This document shows, in pieces, positions 46,977 through 57,237 of a stretch of 64,000 bases of DNA. The position numbers and the translations under genes were made by a program. This DNA comes from Erysipelotrichaceae bacterium (GTDB lineage: Bacteria; Bacillota_I; Bacilli_A; RFN20; CAG-826), in contig SVBB01000009.1 in the NCBI GenBank assembly GCA_015059105.1, positions 252 through 64,251 of the forward strand. The letters run 5' to 3'. The first letter of the stretch is position 1, and every line of letters begins with the position of its first letter. The notes under the pieces were generated by a model that was not told the origin of the DNA, searched no databases, and worked only from the letters and a program-made list of their open reading frames with translations.

Positions 46977-48812
46977 TTATAGCGCAACATCGCCATCGCT
47001 GCAGTGGATGACTGTCGCTGGTATATCATCTCCCCATTTATTAGGATCTGGAGTATCAACTTTTTCCCATTCCGCTTTTGTTCCAGCATAATTGATAGTT
47101 GTTAAAGCAACGCATCCATCAAAGACAAAAGATTTAATCGCTTCAATGCTTTTTGGCAATGTGACAGTTGTTAAAGATGAGCAATTATAGAAAGCTTCCA
47201 TTTCGATAGTTTTAACACCTTCAGGAATGGCAATTGTGGTTAAACTAGTACATTCTTCGAACGTATTATATTGAATAGTGTCAACTCCACTACCAAGATT
47301 AACAGTTGTTAGTCCCTCACAATATTGAAAAGCATTTCTTCCAATTGATTTAACACCGTCGGGGATTGTAATCGAAGTCAATGAGCCAAACCACCTACAC
47401 GCATCTTGATTAATGAATTTACAACCATTATCAATACTAAAAGTTGTCGCTGATTTATCTTTAATACCCATCAAAATCAAACATGGGTTTTCTTCACTAC
47501 CTAAGTAGAGACCATTATTCACCTCATTACATATTACTTGCTTATAACTCCCATACATATCAAAAACATAATTCCCAAAATAGGCGAGTTTTGAACCATT
47601 TTCGAAAACGAAATTTTTGAGGTTATCACAGTTAAAAGCATAATAATCTATCGAAATAACACTGCTTGGAATCGTGATAGATTCGAGGTTATCGCAACCA
47701 CTAAAGGCACCTTCACAAATATATTCGCAGTTGCTATTGATGTTATAAGTATTCTTCGAGGAATCACTAGTCCTTATAAATGCAAAATATGGATTGCCTT
47801 CTTTTCCTAAATATAAGCCATTCTCATATTTGTTAAGTTTTAGGCTACTACACTCACTAAAAGCAAAACTCCCAATATGTTCAGTAGAAGCAGGAAGATT
47901 GATGGTTTCTAGCGAGGAACAGCCTCGGAAAGCATCCTCATAAATATGAGTTATACCATTTGGTAGGGTGACCGTTTTTAATTTATAACAATCTTCAAAT
48001 AGGCCCTCTGAAATAGTTGTAACCTGATTAGGGATTCTGATAGAGGTAAGACTCTCACAGCTTTCAAAAGCACAGTAATCAATGGTAGTAACACTATTTG
48101 GAATCTTAATACTCTCTAACGATTCACAAGAATCGAAAGCACGTCTACCAATAGTTACTAATGTATTTGGTAAACTGACATTCTTCAAACCCGTGCAGTC
48201 GCGGAAAGAATAAACGCTAAGAGAGGTGATTGTATCAGGGACAAAGACATATTCAACCTTTAAACAATCTTCAAAAGCACCTGTTCTACGACCATTTTCA
48301 TCATATGTTACATATAATTCTTTAACAGGTAATCCCTCATATGATTCTGGAATCGCGACGCGTCCTTCAATATCAGTGTCCTTCGCTTTCACGCTGTAAT
48401 ATGTCTCATCCGTGGATTTGATGAAACTCAGTTTTTCTGGAGTTCCCACTTGGGGAATCCTTTTATGTTCAGCGTAGTCGCATACAGTGCATGTACGCGT
48501 AAGCTCACCATCCTTTTCACTTTCTGGAGGGGTGGTCTCCTTCCATTCAGAAAAAGTATGAAGGTCTTTATCTATCTTGACCATATGCCCACACGTGGAC
48601 TCATGCCAATGCGCTTCTTCGTCATACGTCCATTTATCGCTGAAAGTGTGCTGATGAACTGAAGTGCTACTACTCTCACTTGAAGAAGAAGCCGGTTGGG
48701 ATGAATCCGGTTGGGATGAAGATGGAGTAACAGTTCCTCCAGAAGAACACGCTCCTAATGATAAAACTAATGCTGAAAATGCAATTGATAATAATTTAAA
48801 CTTATTGATCAT
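46977..48812 (-). CDS. lipoprotein with BspA-type LRR repeats
   Basis: MINKFKLLSIAFSALVLSLGAC lipobox after RBS GAGGAGG. S-rich linker, then LRR_5 units. Confidence 0.8.
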   Translation of the reverse strand: MINKFKLLSIAFSALVLSLGACSSGGTVTPSSSQPDSSQPASSSSESSSTSVHQHTFSDKWTYDEEAHWHESTCGHMVKIDKDLHTFSEWKETTPPESEKDGELTRTCTVCDYAEHKRIPQVGTPEKLSFIKSTDETYYSVKAKDTDIEGRVAIPESYEGLPVKELYVTYDENGRRTGAFEDCLKVEYVFVPDTITSLSVYSFRDCTGLKNVSLPNTLVTIGRRAFDSCESLESIKIPNSVTTIDYCAFESCESLTSIRIPNQVTTISEGLFEDCYKLKTVTLPNGITHIYEDAFRGCSSLETINLPASTEHIGSFAFSECSSLKLNKYENGLYLGKEGNPYFAFIRTSDSSKNTYNINSNCEYICEGAFSGCDNLESITIPSSVISIDYYAFNCDNLKNFVFENGSKLAYFGNYVFDMYGSYKQVICNEVNNGLYLGSEENPCLILMGIKDKSATTFSIDNGCKFINQDACRWFGSLTSITIPDGVKSIGRNAFQYCEGLTTVNLGSGVDTIQYNTFEECTSLTTIAIPEGVKTIEMEAFYNCSSLTTVTLPKSIEAIKSFVFDGCVALTTINYAGTKAEWEKVDTPDPNKWGDDIPATVIHCSDGDVAL

Positions 48813-49019
48813 AAAATGCCTCCTCGGTATATATAGTAATTGTACCAAAAAACCTCCTTTATAACAAAAGGAGTGGACAATTCCCAACACCGATATAACG
48901 AAAAAGCATATGTGAACCTACTCGGTAGTTGAACAACCGAGGATTCCCATTCGGTGTCCTAAAAACTTATCTATTTTTCTTCTTAAATAATCCATATCAT
49001 GGCCTTGCGAATACGTATT

Positions 49020-49096
49020 ATCACAAAATTCTAATGTTTTTATGATAGAAAATCACAAAATTCTTGATTATTAGCCTTTATAAATCACAAAATTCT
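49020..49096. repeat. 3 direct repeats ATCACAAAATTCT, 32-bp period (orphan array)
   Basis: Units start at 49020, 49052 and 49084. No AAA gene lies adjacent. Confidence 0.85.
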
Positions 49097-49150
49097 TATT
49101 TTATATTTGCAAGTTTTGCATGTTTTTCGACAATGTTTAATTATGTTTAA

Positions 49151-49241
49151 ATATTTGGTACGTTCAATCATAAAATCTCATTTTTGGTTAATTGCTACTT
49201 TTTTTCGATTTCGTTATATAACTTGTTATTATATTCTTTCA
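49151..49241. repeat. 92-bp repeat, copy B
   Basis: Aligns with 44762-44854. The reading frame is broken here by a different A-run length. Confidence 0.85.
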
Positions 49242-49300
49242 AAAAAAGTATATTGTCGTCACCTATTCAACTTTGTATTAACGAATTATTATATTAATAA
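49238..49300. repeat. conserved intergenic module, copy B (GTCACCTATTC at 49258)
   Basis: See copies A and C. Confidence 0.7.
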
Positions 49301-49303
49301 TAA

Positions 49304-49322
49304 ACGCAAAGAAAGTTTGCGT
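49304..49322. terminator. ACGCAAA-gaaag-TTTGCGT with T-rich tracts on both strands
   Basis: Lies 3' of AAA copy 3. Confidence 0.55.
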
Positions 49323-49469
49323 CTTTTAAGCTTATCCTATTCCCTGATATGGGGTGTCCTAGAACGATTATATTGTTTTGCAATACAAGAGTAGAGACTA
49401 TTGATATTCACGGTTTTTCCCACTATAAGTGAGCTTTTATGGTTGGTGCCACTATTGAAGAAACATATT

Positions 49470-50762
49470 TTACAATCCCAACATACTGATTGGAACAATG
49501 TAGACATCCCCTTCTTTTTTAGAAGACCCATGACTTGTAAGTATCATTTTGAAAGCAGGCATTTTTAAGCCATTTTCTTTCATCTTCTTTTCGAATTTAT
49601 TTAAAGAAGAAATTCCATCTTTAATATTTTTATCACTCGCAATTTTAATTTCAATTGCACCATATTCTCCGTTGTTAAGTTTTAAGATTGCATCTACTTC
49701 TAAACCATTGCTATCTCTATAATGCTTTAATTCTCCATTAAAAGAATCAGCATATATTGATAAATCTCTAACTGCCATATCTTCAAAAAAGAAACCAAAA
49801 GATTTCAAATCATTTAATAAGTCAGCAGGTGTGATACCTAATGCAGATGTTGCAATAGAAGTATCAACAAAATGATGTGTTGGGGTAGTTCTTACAGCAA
49901 CACTAGATCTTAAATTAAGATTCCAGGCAGGCATATCATAGATAATGAAAAGATCTTCTAGTGTTTTTTTATAAGTTAAAAATGTATCATCATCTAATTT
50001 GCTTCTCTCTCCTGATTCTAATATATCCTTAATCATTAATGTGTTTTTAGCTTCAGTAGATATATTTCTTGCAAAAGACTTAAGTATTAGTTTTAAAAGC
50101 TCAATATTTTTATTTTTTAAGAACTCAGCAAATTCATCATTCTCATCTTCAATAGTAAATAAGCCTTCATAGTAGTTGTTAGTAACATCAAGAGCATATT
50201 CTTTTTCGCTTTTCACCGCGATAGGCCAACCACCTCTACAAATAATATGAGCAATATCCATTAATGAAACAGGATTATGTTGACCATAGGTAGATGTAAA
50301 TTTATAGTTCTTATCAAATAGACCCAATAAAGAAATAACCCCTGTAGATTCTTTTGATTCTAATAAAGAGAATGGTTTTAATTTTAAAGATGTTATTCTT
50401 CCGGCAGCAGAATTTTGAATTTTAGATGAATCGACTGGTGTGGTGCTTCCAGTTAATATATATTTTCCAAATTGATAATCTTTATCTAAATCATCTTTTA
50501 TGATATTCCATATTTCGGGAGCTTTTTGCCATTCATCAACTAAATGAGGGTTGTCTCCTTTTAAAGTTGAATAAGGATCGGCGTTAGCAATTTCAATATC
50601 GTTAGTGGTCTTCAACGTTGTTACTGATTTTGCAAACTCTTCGCATAAAGTGGATTTGCCACAAAACTTAGGGCCACTAACAACCACACATCCAGATGAT
50701 TTAAGTTTCCTTTTTAATGAATTCTCTGCAAGACGGGGAATATAATCTTTTATTTTTGCCAT
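49470..50762 (-). CDS. AAA ATPase with PD-(D/E)xK-like module (divergent), copy 3
   Basis: VSGPKFCGKST, HLVDEWQ, EVDAIL...AIEIKIAS. The likely start is MAKIKDY. Confidence 0.65.
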   Translation of the reverse strand: MAKIKDYIPRLAENSLKRKLKSSGCVVVSGPKFCGKSTLCEEFAKSVTTLKTTNDIEIANADPYSTLKGDNPHLVDEWQKAPEIWNIIKDDLDKDYQFGKYILTGSTTPVDSSKIQNSAAGRITSLKLKPFSLLESKESTGVISLLGLFDKNYKFTSTYGQHNPVSLMDIAHIICRGGWPIAVKSEKEYALDVTNNYYEGLFTIEDENDEFAEFLKNKNIELLKLILKSFARNISTEAKNTLMIKDILESGERSKLDDDTFLTYKKTLEDLFIIYDMPAWNLNLRSSVAVRTTPTHHFVDTSIATSALGITPADLLNDLKSFGFFFEDMAVRDLSIYADSFNGELKHYRDSNGLEVDAILKLNNGEYGAIEIKIASDKNIKDGISSLNKFEKKMKENGLKMPAFKMILTSHGSSKKEGDVYIVPISMLGL

Positions 50763-50812
50763 AACAAACAACCTTATATATATTTTATATAGACACAAAT
50801 AAAAATCAATCG

Positions 50813-50898
50813 TTTTCGGTGTTTTGAATAAAATATTTTCGGTGTTTTGAATAAAATATTTTCGGTGTTTTGAATAAAATATTTACGGTGTTTTGAAC
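50813..50898. repeat. 3.7 contiguous tandem repeats TTTTCGGTGTTTTGAATAAAATA, 23-bp period
   Basis: Units start at 50813, 50836, 50859 and 50882 (partial). They lie 50 bp upstream of the AAA copy 3 start. Confidence 0.9.
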
Positions 50899-50940
50899 AT
50901 TTTTGTTAGTAAACTTTAAAATGGCTGTTTTTCGTAATTA

Positions 50941-51882
50941 TTAGAATTTCATCCAACATTCTTTTAAGAATGACTTAATAGAAGTTAAATCCTTATCCTC
51001 ATAATAATTAACTAGATGCTTTTTAAAATTGTCTACTTTGCTATAGTCGATAACTAAGAGCCCTTGGCCTTTAGAGATAAGATAATGATTCGCATACACT
51101 ACCGCAGTTCTTTTGTTACCATCATTATAGATTTGAGTCTTCATGACATATAAGCAGAGCTCAATAGCTTTATCAATGTCATCCAAACTTGAGGCTAACA
51201 AGTCTTTGATATCTTGCTTAACTTTATCTTCAAAAGGAATCGGAGGAATGTATGATGAACCTCCAATGGTGACTGGTACCCCTCTAATTCTTCCTCCATC
51301 TTGAATAGCTAATAATCCTTCATTAACTAATCTAGCAATATAGGAGGCCAAATAATAATCGCTTGGTGCTTGGATGACATCTTTATCTAAGATGAACTGC
51401 CATGCGTGTTTTAAATTAATGATTTTTTGAACATCTTCCGCTTTTACATTTTTTACAATTCCATTATCAATAATTGCTTCTGTATCTGGAAAGGTGGTTC
51501 CAACCCCTTCTAACACAGCTTGATCATAAATAATCTTCTTCATATTAGCGCGAGCAAAATCTAGATTAAGAGCAATTCTATCTGATAATTCTTCTTCCTT
51601 ATAACCAAGTAACGTTAATTGTTTTTCAAGCTGCCTAATTTCCTTGCGAAGAGATTTAGTTTCAACATTATTTCTTAATAAAGTGCTATATAGTTCTTCG
51701 CTATATTCGCCAACATAAGTAGATTTAACTTTATCTAATTCTCTTTTACGGACATATAGGTATTTCTTTTCTGATATAGTTTTTATTTCTGGAGTTCCAT
51801 CATATGGTAAAAGATTTAAACGAGCTTGTAATTCTGCGCGCCTATTTAACAATTCTTGAATTTGGATAAATGTATTTTTCAT
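50941..51882 (-). CDS. Fic/Doc-family protein with degenerate active-site motif
   Basis: QIYNDGNKRTAVVYANHYL replaces HxFx(D/E)GNxR. An AVLEGVGTTFPDTEAII-type N-terminal segment is present. Confidence 0.5.
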   Translation of the reverse strand: MKNTFIQIQELLNRRAELQARLNLLPYDGTPEIKTISEKKYLYVRKRELDKVKSTYVGEYSEELYSTLLRNNVETKSLRKEIRQLEKQLTLLGYKEEELSDRIALNLDFARANMKKIIYDQAVLEGVGTTFPDTEAIIDNGIVKNVKAEDVQKIINLKHAWQFILDKDVIQAPSDYYLASYIARLVNEGLLAIQDGGRIRGVPVTIGGSSYIPPIPFEDKVKQDIKDLLASSLDDIDKAIELCLYVMKTQIYNDGNKRTAVVYANHYLISKGQGLLVIDYSKVDNFKKHLVNYYEDKDLTSIKSFLKECWMKF

Positions 51883-52062
51883 TTAATATTCTCCTTAGGG
51901 AACATTTCTGTTTTATTATAGATATTTTGTTCCCTAAATTCAATTATTACTTTGATTCTTAAAAGCAGTTCTTTACCACAAAATGGACACTTCATAATCC
52001 TTTATTTAACAAAAATGGCCTCCGCAAGGGAAGCCACTTCATGTTTGTTGTTAGGATTGTTA

Positions 52063-53703
52063 TTAATTTAACTCAATATCATTCTTGATAATGTTGTTGT
52101 TTTCAATTTCATTATCATTCTTATTTGATATTTCATTATCGTTGATATCATTGCTTAATTGATCTGAGAATGATAATCCTCTATGTCTACGTTTATCAAG
52201 TTCATCGAATTGTCGTTTCGCGTTATCATAGATATCTTGATCAATCTCATCATTAGCCTGGGCTTTCGCATTCACGATGGAGAGACAGAACATTCCTCTT
52301 TCTTTACCTGCGCCTCTAAGACCTCTAACCATGTCTATAGTGACATCTTTTGGATCGACACCTGGGAATTTATGACGTAAGTAGTTCTCCGCGAGAGTAC
52401 CCGCTCGATTTAAATCTCTTGGATTATTGATATCATTCTTCCAAGAATCAACATAATCAGATAAGGCAGTCCATTCTGGAGAAGTTCTACCTAAGAATCT
52501 TTCAAAGGTACTACCTTGATAAGTTGTCTTAAATGTCGCTGGATCAAAATTAGGATTGTTTCTATTAAATAATGATTCAAATCTACTTTGTCTCGCGATT
52601 TCAATATTGGCATATAAATCTACTTTATCTTTTCTCGCGTTATTATAGTTATCTCTTTCATTATGAATCTTATCAGCGAGGTCTTTATATCTCATATCAT
52701 TTCTGAAATGATTCTCTAATGTAGAAATAGGATCTTTTAAGAAATCTTTGAGGAATTTGCAATTTGGATCATCATCTTTTAAAGGGATAACTTTATTGAG
52801 GACTGTGGATTCCACACGGTCTCTCGCTTCAGAAATGAATTCACCGATAGAAGGGAATCTCCCTTTATTAGTCTTAATGAGTTCATCATAGATAGTGATT
52901 GCACTTTTTAATCCATCCGCGAGTGGTTCTGCTTTCCATTCTGCTTGAGCAATCTTACTTAACGCGGTGACCGGAACATAGCGGTCATTGAATGCGTCGT
53001 AATGTTGACGAACCGAATTATAACCCTGCTCTTTTAATACATCATCGAACTCTTTCGTATGATCGCGGATAAAATTGTCACGCATCGTTCCATAATCGAG
53101 GAGGAGTTCATCACCGTTTCTATTAACCACGGATTCAATAGGATTATAGACAAAGTCTAATATCTCTTCTTTTGCATTAGAATAAGACTCGAAAGTAAAA
53201 TCTTCTTGTTTACAAGTTTTGACGAATTCTTGATGCGCGGATATCGATAGCGAGACAATACCTTCTCTAGATATACCAAAATGGCCTTTGCTCGATACTG
53301 AGCAGATATCATCTAATGTATCTCTTACATAGTTAAAATATTCATCTGGATCATATTCAGCGAGTTCCGGGATATATGGTTCCGCTTTATCTTGTAAATC
53401 AAGGTGTCTTACTGCCTCATTAATTTCGTTTTCGTTGAGATGCTCTTCCCAATTATCGACGAGGGTTTCAAAATTCTCTGGAATATTGAAGTTTTCCATC
53501 TCCCCAAATGGGAAACGTCCTTCCCCTTCAAATAATTCTTTATTCTTCTGTTCACAGTATACACAGACATACTGTATTTTCTTTAAGGCGATAGATGTTT
53601 CAAAGATATCATCCATGCTGACAAGCTCTTTGTTTTTAATCGCTTCATCAATAGTCTTTAGTTTCTCAATATCCTTACGAATCTTTTCATATAATTTTCC
53701 CAT
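52063..53703 (-). CDS. large hypothetical protein with N/D/I-rich low-complexity tail
   Basis: Start MGKLYEK follows AAGGAGGATG. No motif recognised. Confidence 0.5.
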   Translation of the reverse strand: MGKLYEKIRKDIEKLKTIDEAIKNKELVSMDDIFETSIALKKIQYVCVYCEQKNKELFEGEGRFPFGEMENFNIPENFETLVDNWEEHLNENEINEAVRHLDLQDKAEPYIPELAEYDPDEYFNYVRDTLDDICSVSSKGHFGISREGIVSLSISAHQEFVKTCKQEDFTFESYSNAKEEILDFVYNPIESVVNRNGDELLLDYGTMRDNFIRDHTKEFDDVLKEQGYNSVRQHYDAFNDRYVPVTALSKIAQAEWKAEPLADGLKSAITIYDELIKTNKGRFPSIGEFISEARDRVESTVLNKVIPLKDDDPNCKFLKDFLKDPISTLENHFRNDMRYKDLADKIHNERDNYNNARKDKVDLYANIEIARQSRFESLFNRNNPNFDPATFKTTYQGSTFERFLGRTSPEWTALSDYVDSWKNDINNPRDLNRAGTLAENYLRHKFPGVDPKDVTIDMVRGLRGAGKERGMFCLSIVNAKAQANDEIDQDIYDNAKRQFDELDKRRHRGLSFSDQLSNDINDNEISNKNDNEIENNNIIKNDIELN

Positions 53704-54012
53704 AAGTAACATCCTCCTTTATGGTCACGAATACATTATACAGGATATAGAGTCACAAAAGTGCCACAAATAAAATAAAAATCGACTATAAAGGTTTATT
53801 ATTTGGAAAATCGATTTGAGGAAAAATATGTCTATAGTGTGTAACAAATATATTAATATATTGTTTTATGCAATTTTGTCTTATGTAATGCGTGGCACGA
53901 TGTTAGTAAAAACTTCTCCGTGTGATTATATTTATAATATAAAAACATTTGATTGCACGTTTTTGAATCGTTTTTTATAGAACAACCGCATTTCTACTTT
54001 ATAAAAATAATT

Positions 54013-54170
54013 TACGCAAATTTCCAATAAATTACGCAAAAAAATCAATTTTTAAGCAAAATTTTTATACAGCATTTTCAAACAATACGCAATGTATAAA
54101 CAGCTTATATTAACGATAATACGCAATGTATTTGCGTGGCATTTTATCGTCATAACGCAATATATCAATA
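54013..54170. repeat. iteron-like array of (T)ACGCAA motifs in a 550-bp AT-rich gap
   Basis: TACGCAA at 54013, 54033, 54086 and 54120. Variants at 54053 and 54164. Palindrome ACGCAAtgtatTTGCGT at 54121-54137. Confidence 0.7.
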
Positions 54171-54261
54171 TGTTTGTCTCGACAAATTACAAAGCTCAAC
54201 TTCCATCGTTGAAGGTGGCGCCCATGACGTGGTCCTCAAAGACAGGCTTGTACAAACTATA

Positions 54262-54930
54262 TTACTTTACATCTGTGAGCAATTTACAGGCGTATTCTCT
54301 TTTATCTTTTTGATTAGGAATATCCTTTTCTTCTAGATAATGGATATATAGCCCCAATAAATCATTTCTCACTCTATCAACATTCTCTTCACTGATATCG
54401 ATATTAGAATATTTCTCTAACATATCTTCCCCGCATATATATCGAAACTGTGAGAAGGGGGAGTATAAGAATTCTTGAATGTGTTTCTTTTTGTCTCCTA
54501 AGGTCACTATTACTGGTTTATTCGCTTCATTTTCTTCTAATATCTTTACCGCTTCCGAAGCGATTTCATCCATTTGTTTTTGTAGTCCTTTGTTATAATC
54601 GTTAATACTTTTTCTCGCGAGTAATTTATAGATGAGATAGATAAATCCTGGAACAAAGAAGAAAAGAAATAACATGAGAAGCGTCCCGACATTGATACGA
54701 GGGGGAATCTTCTTTTTATTCTTCAAATCGAAATATTGATCATCGAGAGAAGCAATCTTCCAGTAATTATGCATTGTCACATCTCTAGATAATATCGCAT
54801 ATTCACTGAGCCCACTGACAAGCGCGTCTGTTTGGACCCACCCAAAAGGTTCGAGATCATCATATGTCACTGGATTATATGGATCAGGATGAGTGATATT
54901 AACCGCGCGTGTTTCAAATTCTTGTTTCAT
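54262..54930 (-). CDS. single-pass membrane protein, hypothetical
   Basis: Hydrophobic segment VGTLLMLFLFFFVPGFIYLIYKLL. Confidence 0.5.
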   Translation of the reverse strand: MKQEFETRAVNITHPDPYNPVTYDDLEPFGWVQTDALVSGLSEYAILSRDVTMHNYWKIASLDDQYFDLKNKKKIPPRINVGTLLMLFLFFFVPGFIYLIYKLLARKSINDYNKGLQKQMDEIASEAVKILEENEANKPVIVTLGDKKKHIQEFLYSPFSQFRYICGEDMLEKYSNIDISEENVDRVRNDLLGLYIHYLEEKDIPNQKDKREYACKLLTDVK

Positions 54931-54948
54931 ACAACCTATTCTATCAAA

Positions 54949-55971
54949 TTATAAAGAAGATATGGATTCTTTACTCCTTGTTAATAACGAACGATTAACT
55001 GTGTCAGTTATTTCTTTACTGTGGTCTTTTTTTACCATGTAGACAAATTCTTTGGTTAACACGAATATTTCCATCGCTACCGCATCTTTTAAATATACAA
55101 AAGATGTTTCGTTATAACTACCAAAAGGAATGATAACTACATAAGTATTGCTATTAGATATATTATTGATTCTTTCAATAGATAAGTTCTCGACCTTGTC
55201 TGCAATCACAATTAAAGTTTTTCCTTTGTTAGAAACAAAAACTCCTTTTTCTTTATCGTAAGTAAAGTTCTCTTCACTAATCCTTTTATCAAAATAATTT
55301 GCAAAATAATAACCGAGATAGTCATTATAAATTTTATTATTGTTGTCGATTAGATAAATAGATTGGTCATCATAGACAGAAAGGGAGGAGACAAAGATAT
55401 TCTCTTTGACACCAAAGAGCTTTGCTAATTTATAAATATTCCCATAAGAAGCACTATATAGATATCCATCATCTCTAGAATATTTGACCACTGTATTCTC
55501 ATTAATACCGGTTAACTTAGATATATCCACTAATTTAATATCTCTATCCAATGATAGTTTTCTTAACAAAGTGGTTTTCTTAACTTCTTTTTCAAAATCA
55601 TTCCTGAGATTAGAGAAATCCATTTCATGATATATGTTATATCTATCAACAAAAGCTTCTAACGGCCAATATAAGAATAGATATTCAAAACTCTTATTAA
55701 AGTGTAGAAACAAACGGAAATAACTCTCCGCGAGGAAAAGACCTTTGAAAGATATATCTGCATCTTTAATAGGTCCAACTTTGTAAGTGTCTTCCACGAT
55801 TTTTTCGATATTCGAATTAATGTCGTAATCATTGTTCTCTAAGCCATTAACAAAAGAGGAAGCGGCGATGCGTTCTTCAATCGCGCGATATGAATATCTT
55901 TTATCCAAACCAAAAGTAATAACCGCGCCTAAACGATTAATGATGTCATCATGATAAAAAGGTTTAATCAT
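54949..55971 (-). CDS. hypothetical protein with internal XRE-like HTH
   Basis: ISKLTGINENTVVKYSRDDG...NIYKLAKLFGV. Overlaps the DUF3990 gene by 8 nt. Confidence 0.4.
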   Translation of the reverse strand: MIKPFYHDDIINRLGAVITFGLDKRYSYRAIEERIAASSFVNGLENNDYDINSNIEKIVEDTYKVGPIKDADISFKGLFLAESYFRLFLHFNKSFEYLFLYWPLEAFVDRYNIYHEMDFSNLRNDFEKEVKKTTLLRKLSLDRDIKLVDISKLTGINENTVVKYSRDDGYLYSASYGNIYKLAKLFGVKENIFVSSLSVYDDQSIYLIDNNNKIYNDYLGYYFANYFDKRISEENFTYDKEKGVFVSNKGKTLIVIADKVENLSIERINNISNSNTYVVIIPFGSYNETSFVYLKDAVAMEIFVLTKEFVYMVKKDHSKEITDTVNRSLLTRSKESISSL

Positions 55972-56629
55972 CTTTTTCCCTCATCAAATCCCTAATACGT
56001 CTGCCTTTGCTTGCTCTTTCAAGGCGTTCCAATTCGCGGTAGGAATTATCCGCTGAATCTTTACGATGGTGGCTTCTTTCAAAGTATAAAGGTTCGGCAG
56101 ATATCGCACCAACAAATTTGGTTCTATTAAATGCTTTTTCACTTATTAAAACGTATTGTTTTCCCAAGTTACCCAATAAATATATCTCTTCAAGTTTTTC
56201 ATATGTTAATACATTTCTAATAAACATTAATGGAAACCTAAAATATGCATCGTCCGCGCGATACCCAATCACCACATCATAATCATCAGTGTTTATATAA
56301 TATTTATTTAAATATTCTAGTGTATCGGAAAACTCTATTCGATCATTCTCTGGTATTTCACGATTATGCATCAATATAGCTATCCAGTTGAGCACACTAT
56401 ATTTGCTCTTGTCGGTTAAATTTAAAATCTTTAATCCACGTTCATCAAAAGAATATTTATTCGCGTATCCATTACGCGTAGACCTATTAGCCCATTCCTT
56501 AGCCATATCAAGGTTTCTAGTGCAATAAAAACCAAGACCATAATCATTGTGTTCATTAGAACCTTCATAATGATAAATAGGCACTGTAATGATGCGTTCG
56601 CTGCCATGATATATAACTATGTTACTCAT
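55964..56629 (-). CDS. DUF3990-family protein
   Basis: IVIYHGSERI, DYGLGFYCTRNLDMAKEWA, DVVIGYRADDAYF. Confidence 0.6.
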   Translation of the reverse strand: MSNIVIYHGSERIITVPIYHYEGSNEHNDYGLGFYCTRNLDMAKEWANRSTRNGYANKYSFDERGLKILNLTDKSKYSVLNWIAILMHNREIPENDRIEFSDTLEYLNKYYINTDDYDVVIGYRADDAYFRFPLMFIRNVLTYEKLEEIYLLGNLGKQYVLISEKAFNRTKFVGAISAEPLYFERSHHRKDSADNSYRELERLERASKGRRIRDLMREKDD

Positions 56630-56724
56630 ACATTAATACTACCATTATTGTACCATATATCAATATTTTCTTGTACTATAATACAATTTTTATATTGTTC
56701 TTGGGACAGCAAATGCAATATTCT

Positions 56725-57237
56725 CTATTTGTATTTATCAAATTCTTTATTATATAAATTCACTTTATAATCATCTTCTGGCCATATGCACATATAGGCT
56801 TGTTTGAGATGAACTGGTTGATATTCACATACTACTTTTGCGACAACTTCAGCAGCTTCTTCTACTGGATAACCATATATCCCTGTAGAGATAGAAGAAA
56901 AAGCGATGGTTTCTAGGCCTAGCTTATCCGCGAGTTTTAAACTATTCTTATAACAACTCGCAAGTGTTTTAGCGGGAGTAGGATCGATATCATATATTGG
57001 TCCAACTGTATGGATGATATATTTGTTATCAAGACGGTACGCTTTAGTGACCTTTGCCCCTCCAACTGGGCAGCCATGTAATGTCTTGCATTCTTCTAAT
57101 AATTCTGGTCCTGCCGCGCGATGTATTGCCCCATCAACACCGCCGCCACCTAATAAAGAGGTATTGGCTGCATTAACGATAACATCGGCCTTTTTACCAA
57201 TCTTAGTGATATCTTGATTGATCGCGATTATTTTCAT
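56725..57237 (-). CDS. macro-domain protein (ADP-ribose binding/hydrolase, YmdB-like)
   Basis: [27 protein letters not shown] and [12 protein letters not shown]. Confidence 0.9.
   Translation of the reverse strand: MKIIAINQDITKIGKKADVIVNAANTSLLGGGGVDGAIHRAAGPELLEECKTLHGCPVGGAKVTKAYRLDNKYIIHTVGPIYDIDPTPAKTLASCYKNSLKLADKLGLETIAFSSISTGIYGYPVEEAAEVVAKVVCEYQPVHLKQAYMCIWPEDDYKVNLYNKEFDKYK

Noticed and set aside
49107-49531. ORFs 49107..49394 (+) and 49337..49531 (-)
   Set aside because: They lie across repeat copy B, the conserved module and a bidirectional terminator. They have no RBS and their composition is implausible.
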